DNA of 64,000 bases from Azolla caroliniana (lineage: Eukaryota > Plantae > Polypodiophyta): positions 6,510,001 through 6,574,000 of the forward strand of contig JBHGNT010000004.1 of the NCBI GenBank assembly GCA_043228905.1. The letters run 5' to 3'. The notes below the pieces were generated by a model. That model was not told where the DNA came from. It saw nothing but the letters and a program-made list of their open reading frames with translations, and searched no databases. This document shows positions 14,502 through 27,897 of the stretch, piece after piece; the first letter of the stretch is position 1; each line of letters starts with the position of its first letter. A program made the position numbers and the translations under genes.

Positions 14502-16513
14502 AGGAGGTGTGTTTAGGATTCTAGGATTCTCTATTCTTTTATGCTAATTCTTTTATTTGATGTCAACTTGTAATATATAACTTTCTATTGAACAATATTT
14601 TTCGAGATGTCCTTATGAGATTGTTCTAGTTTTCTCCCTCACCTTGCAAACTTGTTTCTTCAGAGATTCACAAACTTGTATATGAAAAAATATGCACAAT
14701 TGACTAGTCTCCTCATCTATGTCCCAATGATCCGTCTCACATCAAAGAGAGGAGAGAATGTGAGATTCTAGGGAAGGAGATCATCAACTATGCATATTCT
14801 GCCCTAAACAAGTTTGTGAGCCTTGAGTATCACACCTTGTTACAATACTCTACCTCAGACCACATTTGAGTTTTCTTTCCACACATTGTCAATCTGGTTC
14901 AATCACTATGCACGTTTTTCTCACGAAATCATGATGTGGGCTCTCAATTGTGAGACTTATTAGTAAAATTCTTGAACATGGAGTCACAACTCAACTCTAC
15001 ATATCATGAAAAGTTTCACTTCTGGCCAATATGTCATATTTAACCTTTGAAAACATTAATTCTCTCTCTCTCTCTCTCTCTCATATATAGTATTCATCCT
15101 TACCTCATTACTAACATGAGTATCAACTCTCGTAGATCCCTAACACCTAGAAGGTTGAGCTCAAATGTGTATGCCTTATTCATACATCAATAAAACTTTT
15201 GTACTTAGGTCTCATGGGTCAATATTGACCTCTCTCTCTCTGTCTGCATATGGAATCAAAATTAGCCAAATATAAAGACATATAAGGTATGCAAGGAAAG
15301 GCTAGTATAGGATGAATATCACTTGCTTTTTACATGTTCTTCATATAGTGCAATTTGTGAAAGCTAAGATGATATATTAAGAGGGGGTGATGACTTGAGT
15401 ATCACAGTAAAGAGAACACCTAGAAGGTTGAGCTCATATGTGTATGCCTTATTCACACGTCGAGACTTGGTGCTTCAAAGCATAGTATGAACCATATGTG
15501 CATTCGCATTCGCATTCGTGAATGCTTCAATCATTCGAGTATGGTAAGCACCCTCAAAGAATGGTAAATACCATGCTTTTGGATTAACTATTTATTATGA
15601 AAATAAACCTAAAAAAGGGAAAAAAAAACTTTTAAAAAGGGGGGGAAAAAAAAAACACAAGAATGTTTAAATAACATTTGCATTCGTTTTCCAATGTAGG
15701 AAAACAAATGTTATGCTAGACGAACATGAATTTTACATACTATGCTTCAAAGTATGAATATCCCTTCTTAGGAAGGAGATGCACATCAAGATCACTTTTG
15801 TACTTAGGTCATATGGGTCATTATTGGCCTCTCTATGGACGCTAAACAATATCTATCTGATATCCATCTCTCTCTCTCTCAAACAAGTACTATTTTACAC
15901 AATCTATTGACCAAGCCAACCCTTATGTAAACAATCCAATGAAAGTCCCATGAAATGTAGAAATATGCTTCTCTTGTAATAAATAGGTAAGTTCCACAAT
16001 TGAGCTATTCTAAGTCAAATAACTTTCTAGGACATCACGGAAGTTGTAGAAAGTGATAGACAATTTATATAAAAAATATTATCCACACCATATGCACATT
16101 GCATAGTCAAATCAATTTTATATCCCCAAATGCACCAAACTCTTATCTATTGAATGAAATAAAACACGATTTATAAAAATGTGGCCTTTATTTAGCACAT
16201 AACAATACACCTTATTTTAAAATTCACCATGACTGCAAGGTTCAAGCTTGAGCTTCCTTAACTAATTTGAGCTCAATTCAATCGACTTGAGCCTTGCCAA
16301 ACCAATTTAGGGATCAATTTGGTTCAAGTTCGAAAATTCCTAAACTGATTAAATCTTAAACAGTTTGGCTAGGACAAGGCCAAACTAGTTAAGCCGAAAC
16401 CAAATTGTTGTTGATTCCTAATAGGCTCCCTTAATAACAATGCACTCCCTACAAATCAATACATTTAGAAGAGAAGAAAAATCAACCTCACTTGCCAGGT
16501 TCACAACTAATAG

Positions 16514-16782
16514 TAGGAATCAACAATGGCTTGGCTCAAGCTTGAACTGAGTTGTTAAATTGTTTTTAAACTGTTTGGTAGTTTGGTTCGGTTTAGTTTA
16601 GGCTTGAGCAGCCTTAACCTGTTTGAGCTCGGTTTGGGATGGCCCAAGCCGAGCCGAGCTGATTTGGGCCAAACTGGTTAACGCTTAATCAACTTGGCTA
16701 AACCGGTTTAGGAACTGGTTTGGTTCAAGTTTTGGAAACTCCCAAACCGGTTAAGACGGAACCGAACTGTTGTTGATTCCTA
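16514..16782. mobile_element. hAT-type MITE
   Basis: TIRs TAGGAATCAACAA / TTGTTGATTCCTA. 8-bp TSD actaatag/acttatag (1 mismatch). A partial sister copy lies at about 16235-16420. Confidence 0.8.
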
Positions 16783-17099
16783 ACTTATAGGGTAAATGTT
16801 GGGCTAGATATTTTGGCTCATCGATATCAACGTGGAGGTAGAACTCTGTCAGTTCATAGACATGTCTTGGTGTCGTGTACACACGTATTGCTCTTTCAGG
16901 ATAAAGGACTATTGTATGCACAATGGCCAATGATAAAAAGAGGAGGATTTTCCCCAAAAGTAATTGGGTGTACCTCAAAGGTACACTATTCGTTGCGAAT
17001 GAAGATTGTTTCCCATCACAACATTATAAAGGTCTTTAGGTCGTCTTCTTGATCTTTAATATTTAGGCTACTCTCTCTCTCTCATTTTTTGTAAAAGCA

Positions 17100-18600
17100 C
17101 ACAATTAAATTAAGAGTATGTAAAACCCTTTTGTAACAATTTAGTAGTATTGTCTATCTACCTATGTAGCATTGAGGAAATGATACCATATGCTCTAACA
17201 TCCAAAATTTCCACACGAGAATGCCTTTCAACTTCTTTACATAGGCTTCCACCCAAGCATTACGCATATTCCAATTGTGCTGTAGTCCCCAATATCATAA
17301 AAACAAGAAAAATACTTCCAACTCGTCATTTGAACCGTTTTGAACATACTACACAAAAACCTATTGTTGAGATCTCAAACAATAACTCAACAATAGGTTA
17401 AAACTTGCCAAATCTCTAATAATTACTTTTTATTGTATGTACTATAAGGCATTTAACGGACCTATGTGTATTGCCCTCCAATGGAATGGTGCAAAAGAAG
17501 CACATACCTACAATGGCAAATGGGATTGCCAATCACATTGCAATATTGGCACCACCTTGCATTTGACTAACGTACATTCCACACATTTTCTAATTTATGT
17601 GATAGCCAAGAATAATGATGACATTGTATGATGGTAAAATATATTTGTGGCGACCTGTAACAAGCGTGTGTCATCCTTTAATCGTTAATTAAGCCAAGGC
17701 ACACCATTTGTTTCCATCTCCCAAATAAATCCATAATATGGGGGAATTGTCAAATTCCGACAACCTTTGAGATTCATTATCAACCACATTCCCCAAGTCT
17801 ACAACCCCCCATCGAAATAAATGATTGAACTGAGATCTCCACTTCTCTTTTCCATGCCAATGCAACAATGGAGAAGAAATGAGCAATTTATTTTGTAATG
17901 AATTATATAGTTCCCAATTACTTGATGGTGCCCACTCAAAAAAAGTTAAGGCATCTTACCATGACCTTACCAATTGTTGCACACATACATAATGTTGAAT
18001 CTTTAGAGAAATACATCCATTGACAAATGGCCACCACGATGCTTGAATCTTAATTTTCACATGCACCAATCATTCATGCTCAATAAAATATTACATCATA
18101 GATATCCATGGTTGATCTTGGTGACACATATCTCGTACTATTGCAAATTGATAAGGCATCAAATATTTGCATTCTCAAACTCGATATTTGCACACCACCT
18201 AACCTTCCGGAAGTAACCAAATGATCCCATATGTTTTCTCCCTTCCACCACATCATGAACCAAATAGGTTGCAACAATGTTTGTAATGCCTTCTTAGTTA
18301 AAGGGCACAAAGGTAAAAAATATGATAGCATTTAGTATCATGATACATTGCATCACTTTGAGTCGTACATTAAATGAGCATAATTGAGACTTCCAATACA
18401 TAAAATTGTCCTTCAATTTACGATCAATCTAGTCAATCACTTGAACATACGCAACATCAATCCCCAATGGATAATCTAAATGTGGATAAATTGATCATCA
18501 TGTAACCCCTGACCCCTTGCATCTCAAACATTTCATTGTCATATCATAAGGAAGAAGGTGATGTGCAACTATGCCTCATTATTATCGTAATTATTTGCAT
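17100..18600 (-). mobile_element. Degenerate L1-like retrotransposon remnant
   Basis: Broken minus-strand ORFs (e.g. GRLGGVQISSL) resemble the post-RT region of L1 ORF2. Many stops. Confidence 0.3.
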
Positions 18601-20059
18601 ACATGATTAACATGTTGTCATTGGTGAAGAAAAAGAGAAGGAAAGTGAACAATGACTACAATGGGTTTATAGGAACCGAAATCCTAAAAATAGTTGTGAT
18701 CTATGTATTGGGTTATTAATGTGTCACGAGGCAGCGATGGAGTAAGGTCTATTGGGGCATGGTCATCGTAGTTCTTAGCTCCTCGTCTTCTCCATTGGAA
18801 GTGAAGTACAGATGAGAGTGGCAAATGGGGTTTCTAACATGATGTATGAGCTCTAACAACTCTCAAAGTTGTGTTTGATGAAGTGGCAATTATGGAGATG
18901 AGTGACACAAGCTAGTATTAATTTTCAATTTGGAAGCATTGGGAGAGTAAATAATTCAACCAAAAACCCAAAAAATATCTTACACTTCTGGATTTTGTTT
19001 ACAAGGTGTTGGCCAAGGCCCAACACATGGCACAATTTAAGTAAGAGAGAGAAGAGAAATCAGAAAGGGGATCACATGTAGGTGGAGAAATGATGCATAT
19101 GCTCATATGTACATGCCAATTGTGTGGAACCCACTAATTAGAGATGTGGATGGGCTCATGATAGGAACAAAAGCAGGCTTCAAATGGGCCGACTTAATCA
19201 ATGTCCAAGGGAATGCATTAGTGGAGTGGACGAGATTTCTGTCCTATGATGTGAGCACTCAAAAGGCTAAAGTATGGAGAATAAGCAGGGGTAAAGGCAT
19301 GCTCAAGAGAATTACATATGCCATTGCATGCAACAGACATACCTTGGAAGAGTAAGATATAATTACCTCTGAAATTGTGTGGATAGGACATATAGATGTT
19401 GAGAATTGTTTAATTGGAATTAAGGGAATGAAATCAGAATCCAATGAGGCATGCTACTACAAAATAGAGCACGGAATGGCAAAAGGTGAGCAACCAACCT
19501 ATGAAAGCGAAAGACCGATTAGGCTGATTGCAAAAAAGGGAAAGGATATGATTATTGACCCTAAACCAAGGGAGATCACACTGACGACAGTGTGTTGGCC
19601 AATAGAAGGGCATTTAGATCAGCTATCATGGGGCCTAGTGATGTATTTCTGGAGAACTCAAAGACGAACTGAGGGGGCAAAGTTGGTTCAATTTTTCAGG
19701 TACAACACGAAAATTGGGAGGTAGATTATTCTAGAACAAGAACACGACAAGATTGCAACAAACAAATTTTTGATATAGGAGGGCATAAGTGAAAGGAGAC
19801 TAGATAAATTCTAGAAAATGATATGGCATGACAATAATGACTGCAAGATAATGATGTGTTTATGGCTTATTGTGCATAGAGCCTTTCCGGTAGGGACGTG
19901 GGGTAAAGGCCCCAATGTAGACCCTAGATGTACTACATGTGGACAATTAGAAAGCATTTCTCATTCTTTATGGGAATGTCACGAGGCAGCGGCTGTATGG
20001 GGAAGGGCATTACGTTTGCTTTGCCATACCTCTAGTTCGTTCACCCTCAACTGGGGACA

Positions 20060-20512
20060 TGTCTCACAGACACACCAACCACGGACTACTACGGAGCACG
20101 GATGACGAAGCTACGACCGATAAGTATTTATACAAGTTCTGAGATTGAGTATCTCTAGAATATACCTGACAAATATCTCTAGAATATACCCGTCTAGAAT
20201 ACACCATAAGAATATTTCTAGAATACACTAAAGGCTCTAAAATATTCTAGAATATACAATACTCTATTATATACAAATACATGCTCATATCCAGATGGTT
20301 GAGCATGACGTCTTGTAGATGTGAGGTTGTAGGTTCAATCCTCACTAACTACGTATTTGATGTCATTGTGTCGTGTCATTGTGTCGTGACTAAATGTTTA
20401 CTAGAATTGTCTTGAGGATGATGTGATGAACTACGTAATTGATGTCATTGTGTCGTGACTACATGCTTACTGGAACTGTCTTGAGGATGATGTGACGAAA
20501 TACGATAGCACA
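20060..20512 (-). mobile_element. Solo-LTR-like insertion containing a tRNA-derived cassette
   Basis: TG...CA ends, with ACATG overlapping both junctions. Minus-strand TATAAATA near 20125-20132, TCTAGAA repeats, and an internal direct repeat of TGTCATTGTGTCGTGACT...GTCTTGAGGATGATGTGA. Confidence 0.6.
20283..20345 (+). pseudogene. tRNA-Thr(UGU)-derived sequence (D, anticodon and T arms; no acceptor stem)
   Basis: GCTC..TGGTTGAGC D-arm, ACGT-CTTGTAG-ATGT anticodon arm, AGGTT variable loop, GTAGG-TTCAATC-CTCAC T-arm with B-box GGTTCAATCC. Confidence 0.6.
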
Positions 20513-21964
20513 TGCAAAGCTATGTACAAAGGGGAGAATGGAACTGTTCAACTTATCATTAACAATAATGTACTTGCAGTTATTGAGCAGAAGCAAAAAT
20601 TTGGAGATCTATGGACGTTGCTTGCACTTATTACCATATGGACGACAAGTGTGTACCAAGGTATTTTCAACAAACAAACGCTCTCCAGCTGAATTGATTC
20701 AGCTAACATGACACACACTAATAACTATATTGAGAGCTCAATATGAGCAGATTGATGGTACTGATGATGCTTCAAAATTAATGAGGTTGAATTTCAAAAA
20801 ACGTTGGTGTACTACACCAATGGTCACAACAAATGGAATGGATATACGATGGTAGTATATTGTACTGAGAGCTCAATATGAACAGATTGATGGTACTGAT
20901 GATGTTCACAATTAATGAGGTTGTATTTCAAAAAACATTGGTGTACTACACCAATGGCCACAACAAATGGAATGGATATACGATGACAGTATGTAGTACC
21001 CAGATGGTTGTTCCCCCCTCTCATTGGTTGAAAGAGGGGTGTGAACAAGATGTCTTGTGAGATATTGAATGCAGGTGATGCGTATAAAAGGTTGGCTAGA
21101 GACACATCCGAAAGTGTAATATAAATAAGTGAGATCACTCATGAATGATAGGATAGTTTAGGCAAGGCCTACCCGGGAAAAGGATCGGAGTTGTGTATAT
21201 TTTAACTAATGGAGTTATTCTTTTTTGGAAAAATATAAATAAAGGGGCATCATGATAATCTACAACAATGAAAATATTTCTCTTTGTTGCCTCCTCCGGC
21301 TTTTAAAAAAGATTTATAGACGACAGCTAGCTACATCCACAACCTGCCCTTTCTTAAAGAAATAATTTTTCTTTCCTACTTAATTCTATTTATAGAGGAC
21401 ACTAATTGATCCCATAATAACTCTTACCAAAGGGAAATCCTAAAGGCTATATATTTCCAAATCTCCCAAAAATGCCCTTTTGTATCTTATATTTATGGTA
21501 CATCCACGTCCTCCCCTTTCTCAAAGAAATATTTTTTCTTCCTTGCATAATTCTGCTTACAAATGGCACAAGTGTCATGCACTAATTGATCCCATCATAA
21601 CTATACCAAAGAGAAATCATTGATGCTATATTTTGAAATTTCCCAAAAATGCCCTTTTATCGGGTTTCTTGTTCATTTTTACCATACTTACAAGTTACAT
21701 CTATATTTAACACTAATATCTTATGCTTGATTATGAAATGACCTAATTTTAATTTTTAGTTAGAAAACAATGGAGAATCCAAGTTTTGAATACTCAAACC
21801 ATGACACGTTCTTTGCACTAGTTATTTATAACATCATTCAAGATGTTAAGGTCAAGTTCTAAGTTCTTCTATATTGAAAAGATGGACAAAATTCCACTAA
21901 CCCGAGGTTGGAAAACAACTTAAATAACCTACAATTTGATACGTCAAGAATGATGCCCATATCA

Positions 21965-22310
21965 CAACACATTGAGATGAGGTGGAGAAAAAGTAAGTGT
22001 TGACAATAGTATATTGTAGCTTTCCATGTTCAAATAATATGTTTGGCTCATATTTGTGTGTGTGTGTGTGTGTGTGTGTTTAAATAACATACAATGTGAT
22101 ACATCAACCATGATGCCTATCTCAAAACATATGAGTTGGGGAAAAAGTATGTGTTGTCGACAGTATATTGTGTAGCTTTCCATGTTCAAATAATATTTTT
22201 TGCTCATATATATATATATATATGTATGTATGTATGTATGTATATATGTGTATATACATACATACATACATGTATATGTATATCTATATACACACACACA
22301 TATATATACA
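21965..22310. repeat. Imperfect local duplication with (TG)n/(TA)n/(TATG)n microsatellites
   Basis: The motif TAGCTTTCCATGTTCAAATAATAT occurs twice and is followed by simple repeats. Confidence 0.75.
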
Positions 22311-23894
22311 AACACTTATAATGATAGATTTAAACTAAATCATACTAAAATTCCGAGGACCTGGATAGTTTGCTTCTTGTGATTCGAAAGAAATATCAAT
22401 AACAATAACTTTGGTAGAATCTTATAGTGAAACGGCATCGTAAATATACGATATGACATTGTATTTCATGAAGAACATATTTAGAAATCTAATGAATTGG
22501 GTGTTTGGTTTGCACTACGTGAAAGAGGTTGCAAGGAAGGAGGCTATGAATGACAAATCATTTGTTTTCATGTGATAGAAATGCAACAAGGGAAAGTTGA
22601 GGAAATTGTAATGCCAACAACATGTGGATAATTATATGGATAAGTATTGACTTTCTAAAAGCGTTGCGCTCATTTTCGTTGTTGTGTCACTTCTTTAGAA
22701 TAAAATCGCAAATGTGCATGAACTCAAACAACTAGTGTTTTTGCTCTTTGTATTGTGGATTATGAAGAATTTTTTGAATGGTGACAACATCAAATCCTTT
22801 GTCGAGTCAAACTCACACCCATCACGTTGCAAAGCATGTTCTTTATGAATATGCAACATGTTTCTACATTGGAAATTTGAATTTATCATTTTATTTTTTT
22901 AAAATCTTGTATGCATAAGCTATCATCTATTAGGCAATGCTTTCACATTTTACTTCCATAACCTCAATGGATAAGGATATATCTTCCCTCTTTAAGACTT
23001 GAAATAGAATAACTCCTCTTATAATAAATGACCCAATGTCATAAATTGATGAGAGAGGTAGAGAGAAATGAAATTAGAGCCTACTCTTTAAACTTCAATC
23101 TATGAGATCATGAAAAGCCTATTGTTTAAAGAACATTACATTTGTATCCTCCAACTCTACCTCAATTTACATTTTGATGTTTAGATTTGGGGCCTTATAT
23201 TCAAGTATCTTAAAAATTGCATACTTGTATTATGTATATGAAAGTCAGAAAGATCAAAAGACTAACGAAGGAATCCTAGCTAATACAATTTGGTCTGATC
23301 ATTGTACACATAGGACACAATCCAATAACATGTGCCTCATTCCCCAACACACTTGATCACTTACCGAACAAAGCCAAGGTCATGTGGGAATTCTCCATTT
23401 CGTTAACCAAGCATGTGTGTGTGCATACGCACGTGTGCCATATTCATGGTTAAAGCGTGAAAACAATGCTCTAGCTTGTCATAGAGAAATTTGTACACAA
23501 GAAATCCTCTCACATTCTCCTCCTAGTAGCATATATCGTGAGTGTGTGTGATTGTTTGAGTGCATGGAGTATTATTTTTTGTGTTCCACTTTCACCAAAT
23601 ATTCCATGGTAAACCGTAGCATGGCTCCCAAATTTCGCATCGTAATAGGATGAACGATGTGCAGTTGTGTCAGTAATATCTACATATGTGCCACTATTCT
23701 GCAACTGAAGACAAAAGGGGGTCATGGGTTCAACCCCTACATTCTAGAATCCACCGTGGGATCTAGTGAATTAAGAGCTATGTATGAAGTATGTAATAGA
23801 GATGTGAGAAAATTAGGTTTCAAACCCATAACATAGTGTGGTTGTAGTGTAACAACTTACCACTAAGGTAAGCTAATTACGATAAAAGAGACAA

Positions 23895-23950
23895 AGAAAG
23901 AAAGAAAGATATATTAACGTCTTCTAAGACCAAAATTGGCCCATGAGACA
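23895..23950 (-). mobile_element. Very short 3'-terminal fragment of the RTE-X-like LINE family
   Basis: (GAAA)n-GATATATTAACGTCTT...AAGA.CCAAAAT matches the ends at 32311 and 61700. Confidence 0.65.
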
Positions 23951-24099
23951 ATTGGTTTACAACAAAAATGGGGTATTTACCCATTCATCGAAAGTAAAAA
24001 ATAAAAATAACACGGGGTATTTACCCATTCATAGAGAGAGAGAGAGAGAGAGACGGGAGGTCATTGGTCGGTGACATTCGGAGCCACAGGGACAAGCAG

Positions 24100-24385
24100 C
24101 TAGGTGTTTATCCGGAAACTTCTAATGAAGCCCTTTGGATTCTCCATGACTAGGCGGCGGGTGTTTATCTGGAAACTTCTAACGAAACCCTTTGTATTCT
24201 CCATGGTTGGGTGACTTGAGTGTTTATCCGAAGAGAGAGAGAGAGAGACAGGGATGTCATTGGTCGGTGACCGCGGGCAGGTGTTTATCCGGAAACTTCT
24301 AACGGAAACCCTTTGGATTCTCCATGGCCGGGCGACGAGTATTTATCCGGAAACTTCTGAGTAAACCCTTTGGATTCTCCACGAC
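24100..24385 (+). repeat. Tandem ~59-bp repeats (4 full + 1 partial) in the TSJT1-like promoter
   Basis: Unit GTGTTTATCCGGAAACTTCTAA...CCCTTTGGATTCTCCA at about 24103, 24160, 24219 (partial), 24280 and 24338. Confidence 0.9.
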
Positions 24386-24507
24386 TGGACACGTGTGGGC
24401 GCCACGTCAGCTGGTCAACGACCAAATCCAGATCCACGTCAGCTGGTCAACGGCCATATCCGGATCCACGTCATCGGCCCATATCCCCCCCCCCCAAAAC
24501 TATAAAA
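24386..24507 (+). promoter_or_regulatory. ACGT/G-box cluster and TATA box
   Basis: CACGTG (~24390), CCACGTCA three times (~24402, 24434, 24466) and CTATAAAA at ~24500, about 260 bp upstream of the ATG. Confidence 0.65.
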
Positions 24508-24759
24508 ACAGAGAGAAGAAGAAGAAGGCATTCATTTCTCTGTCTATCTATCTATCTATCTCTGCTGCTGCTAAAATCAACTGTAACTAAATTTAGAGAC
24601 AAATCCATCTTCCTTCCTCTGCTTCTTCTGCTCTCTCTCTCTCTCTCTCTCCCCTGTTTCTTTGGCTTTTTCCTGCTGCTGCTGCTTGCCCATCTCACCC
24701 CAGAATCAGAATCGGAACCATCCCCAAGAAGAAGCTCTTAAGAGGAATCCATACCGACA

Positions 24760-25964
24760 ATGTTGGCCGTCTTCCGAAGCTCTGTCGCCTCTGCTCCCCA
24801 GGAGCTCCTCAGCCCTAGCTCCTCCGGCGGCGGCACTACCCATGGATCCTTCCCCCCTCCTCCTTTGAATGCTGATGTTAGCCCCATCTCTGCACAGCAC
24901 CTGCTGTTGGATGCTTTCTCCTCCAGCTTCTCCGATGTGCTCCGTGTCTCCTTCCCCAATGGTGGAGCTTCCATGGCTTACTCCCCCTCTGCTTCCCATC
25001 AGCACACAAGGTTGTTGAAAAATCTTCCGTCTATGAACACCCTAAACCCTAATCGATTCCCTCCTCCTTAAGCAGTTCCAAGAAATGCACACAAAAGAAA
25101 GAGGAATTGCATATATCTTCACAATGAATACAGTAAACACATATGATGAGTGTGTGTGTGTGTGTGTGTATACACCTTCAATCACATAATTATATTGACA
25201 TAAAATTTCATTGTGATTACTGCAGATCCTTTGCATCATTTGATGGAGTTTTCTGCCTCTTTGAGGGCCGGCTCAACAACTTGGTTGCCCTTCGACAAGA
25301 TTATGGCATTGCCAAGACCAACGCATCCGAGGTTTCATTGATCATTCATGCCTACATGGCCCTTCGTGACCGAGGTCCCATCCCACCCAATCGAGTCGTG
25401 GCCGACCTCGATGGACACTTTGCATTTGTCCTCTTCGACACCAAAAATCAAAGTGTTTTCGTAGCACATGTAAGCTTTCCTTTTCCTTTTCCTTGTTTTT
25501 TTTTTGTTTTTGGCCCCTTACAAATCAGCTAATAACATTTTTTTGTACTCTTGTTTTATTTTTTTGTAGGATTCTGAAGGTGTGACAATCCCTTGGTTTT
25601 GGGGCACCACATCAGATGGTTCCCTTGTCTTCTCTGATTCTCCCGACCTTCTTAAGCATGGTTGTGGAAAATCATTTGCTCCATTCCCTCCAGGTATGTT
25701 CCAATAAATTAGTTGACCCTTTTGTTTTGTTTTACTTTTTGAGTTCTAATAGTGATTAATTTTTTTGTGCCCTCAGGTTGTTACTTTACTAGTAAAATGG
25801 GCCTTCAAAGCTATGAGCATCCATCCCGGAAATTGAAGCCGGTACCACGAGTTGATAGTAAGGGGAATGCATTGGGTGCTCTGTTTAAGGTTGATTCTAA
25901 CCACAAGGGCTTTGTTCCCATGTCAAGAGTGGGGAGTGAAGCCAATTGGTCACAAACTATTTGA
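24760..25964 (+). CDS. Stem-specific protein TSJT1/Wali7/AILP1-like (DUF3700, YGL and LRDR motifs), 4 exons
   Basis: Exons about 24760-25011, 25226-25469, 25570-25693 and 25777-25964. Motifs MLAVF..SVA.APQEL.SP, CLFEGRLNNL, LRQDYG, AYMALRDRGP, GCGKSFAPFPPG, SYEHP, RVGSEANW. Confidence 0.92.
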
Positions 25965-27897
25965 TTGTGGCAAACCCACACAAATCTCTGTTTTTCATAT
26001 CATAACTTTTTTTCTCTAGTGAAGCATACTCCTTCCAATCATAGTGAAGGAAAAAGTATACACATATATACAGAATAGAACTTGTAGTGGAAACAGTTTG
26101 ATGTGCACAAACCTCAAAACACTACATTCAGTGGATACAAATTTTAAATAAAAATCGTGATGGTTGCATCTTGGAGCCTTGGATCTCAGAGGATTCAAAT
26201 GCAGAACATTGTATTCAAAAAATTTGAAGTGGTATTTGGAATAATATGTTTTGGTAATCTCGACCCAAAGTATTCTGCAACTTCTTGGTCCAATTGTGTC
26301 TTATTGCTCTGTGTTTTAGGTTATACATTTCTGTTCAAGTTTTTACATATTTAGACATTGTGTAGACAATATAGAGTTGAATTGAGGGTATACAACATAT
26401 GTATGTAGATTCAACTGCAAGGATGATATTAATCAGGATACGATGACATTAATACTTGATCCGATGTTATGTAGGATTATCCGATTGAACTTGTATTTGG
26501 AATACGTGTAGGTAATCATAACCTAAAGCAATCCCTCAGGCAATCACTATTTGATTTTTTGCAACTTAGAGACGTCACCCTTGCAAATTTACACTCTTTA
26601 CTTTACTTTGAGTGCTTCTAAGCTCTTTAGTGTCTATTCAACCCTTGTGTACTTCTCTTTATTCTTTGTGGGTTTTCACCTCACTTTGAGGTTTCCCACT
26701 ACTAATAAAAGTGTTACTAAAAAAAATCATAACCTGAAGCACTCTCCAAATTCTTGGTCCAACTATTTATCATCACTTGTCATGATTCACATGAATGCTT
26801 TTTCCTTGCTTTAGGCTATATATTTCTGTTCAAGATTTGCATCTTTAGACATGGTGTAGATAATATAGAGTTGAATGAACAGAATAAAACACATTTCTGT
26901 TGATTCAATTGCAACCATGATATAAATCATGGTATGACAACTACATTAGTACTTGATCAGATGTTCTGCAGGATTCCCCAACTGATTTTGACATGAATTA
27001 ATGTTGGTACTTCAAAGAATTGCTTAACCCTATGTGGGCTTCAAAAGTTATTGCTTGTTGAGATAAATCAGAGTAATTGGCACTCACCTAGTTTCTACTT
27101 ACATCTCTTATCATTGCTCCTTGTTCAACCATCTCAAATTTTTTTAGGTACATTTGACCCTACTAGGCTTAGTGTAAGAATGTTCTACTAAGATTGGATC
27201 GGAAGTCATGATTTGTATGTTTGGTGCACACCACATTTCGTCCTTTGTAGAAGTGAGCAAACTTTCTTGTATAATATCATGGCACAATGATCACATGATT
27301 AATGTTCTTATTGCATAGCATGGTTAGCAAGCTTGCCCTTTGCAAAACCTCATTATCAATATATGTTATGTGGTGATGTCCAGATATGCATTTCTTCAAT
27401 CTTGTTACATTATATGGTCACAATTTTATTTTGGTCATGACATTGGAATCTGTAGTTTGAATGGTGACAGACTGTCGCCTACAAGAATATCTCACTGTGG
27501 AAAAACCACCTCAAGTCATATTGATACTGCCGAAGATTTCAGTGCCTCTTGAATTAAATACATACACAATATTACATGATATAGTTTCCACTTTTTACAG
27601 ATTTCTTATCAATTTCCTCACATCAAAGAAAAACCACAATACTTCCCAATATCATGATAAGTTTCCATTATATCAATTTCACTCATATTAAATACTGGGG
27701 AACGATCTGAGTATAACACAACCATTCACTAGACGCGAAATTACATAGATGAATGCATACAATGTTTTTTTCATTGTTCATCTAATTGCAATTTATCTGT
27801 AGATATTGCAGCTGTTGTCGAAGCTCTTCCATCTATTATAGCAATAGTGTGTGCTTTATCCAAGCTCTTCCATCTATTACAGCAATAACTTGTGCTT

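Larger units (their letters stand above)
18990..21010 (+). mobile_element. Degenerate L1-like LINE 3' region with zf-RVT domain, interrupted by an insertion at 20060-20512
   Basis: CLWLIVHRAFPVGTW...CTTCGQLESISHSLWECHEAAAVW is a zf-RVT (CCHC) signature. Stops and frameshifts are present. A ~135-bp tandem duplication lies at about 20728-20995. Confidence 0.75.
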
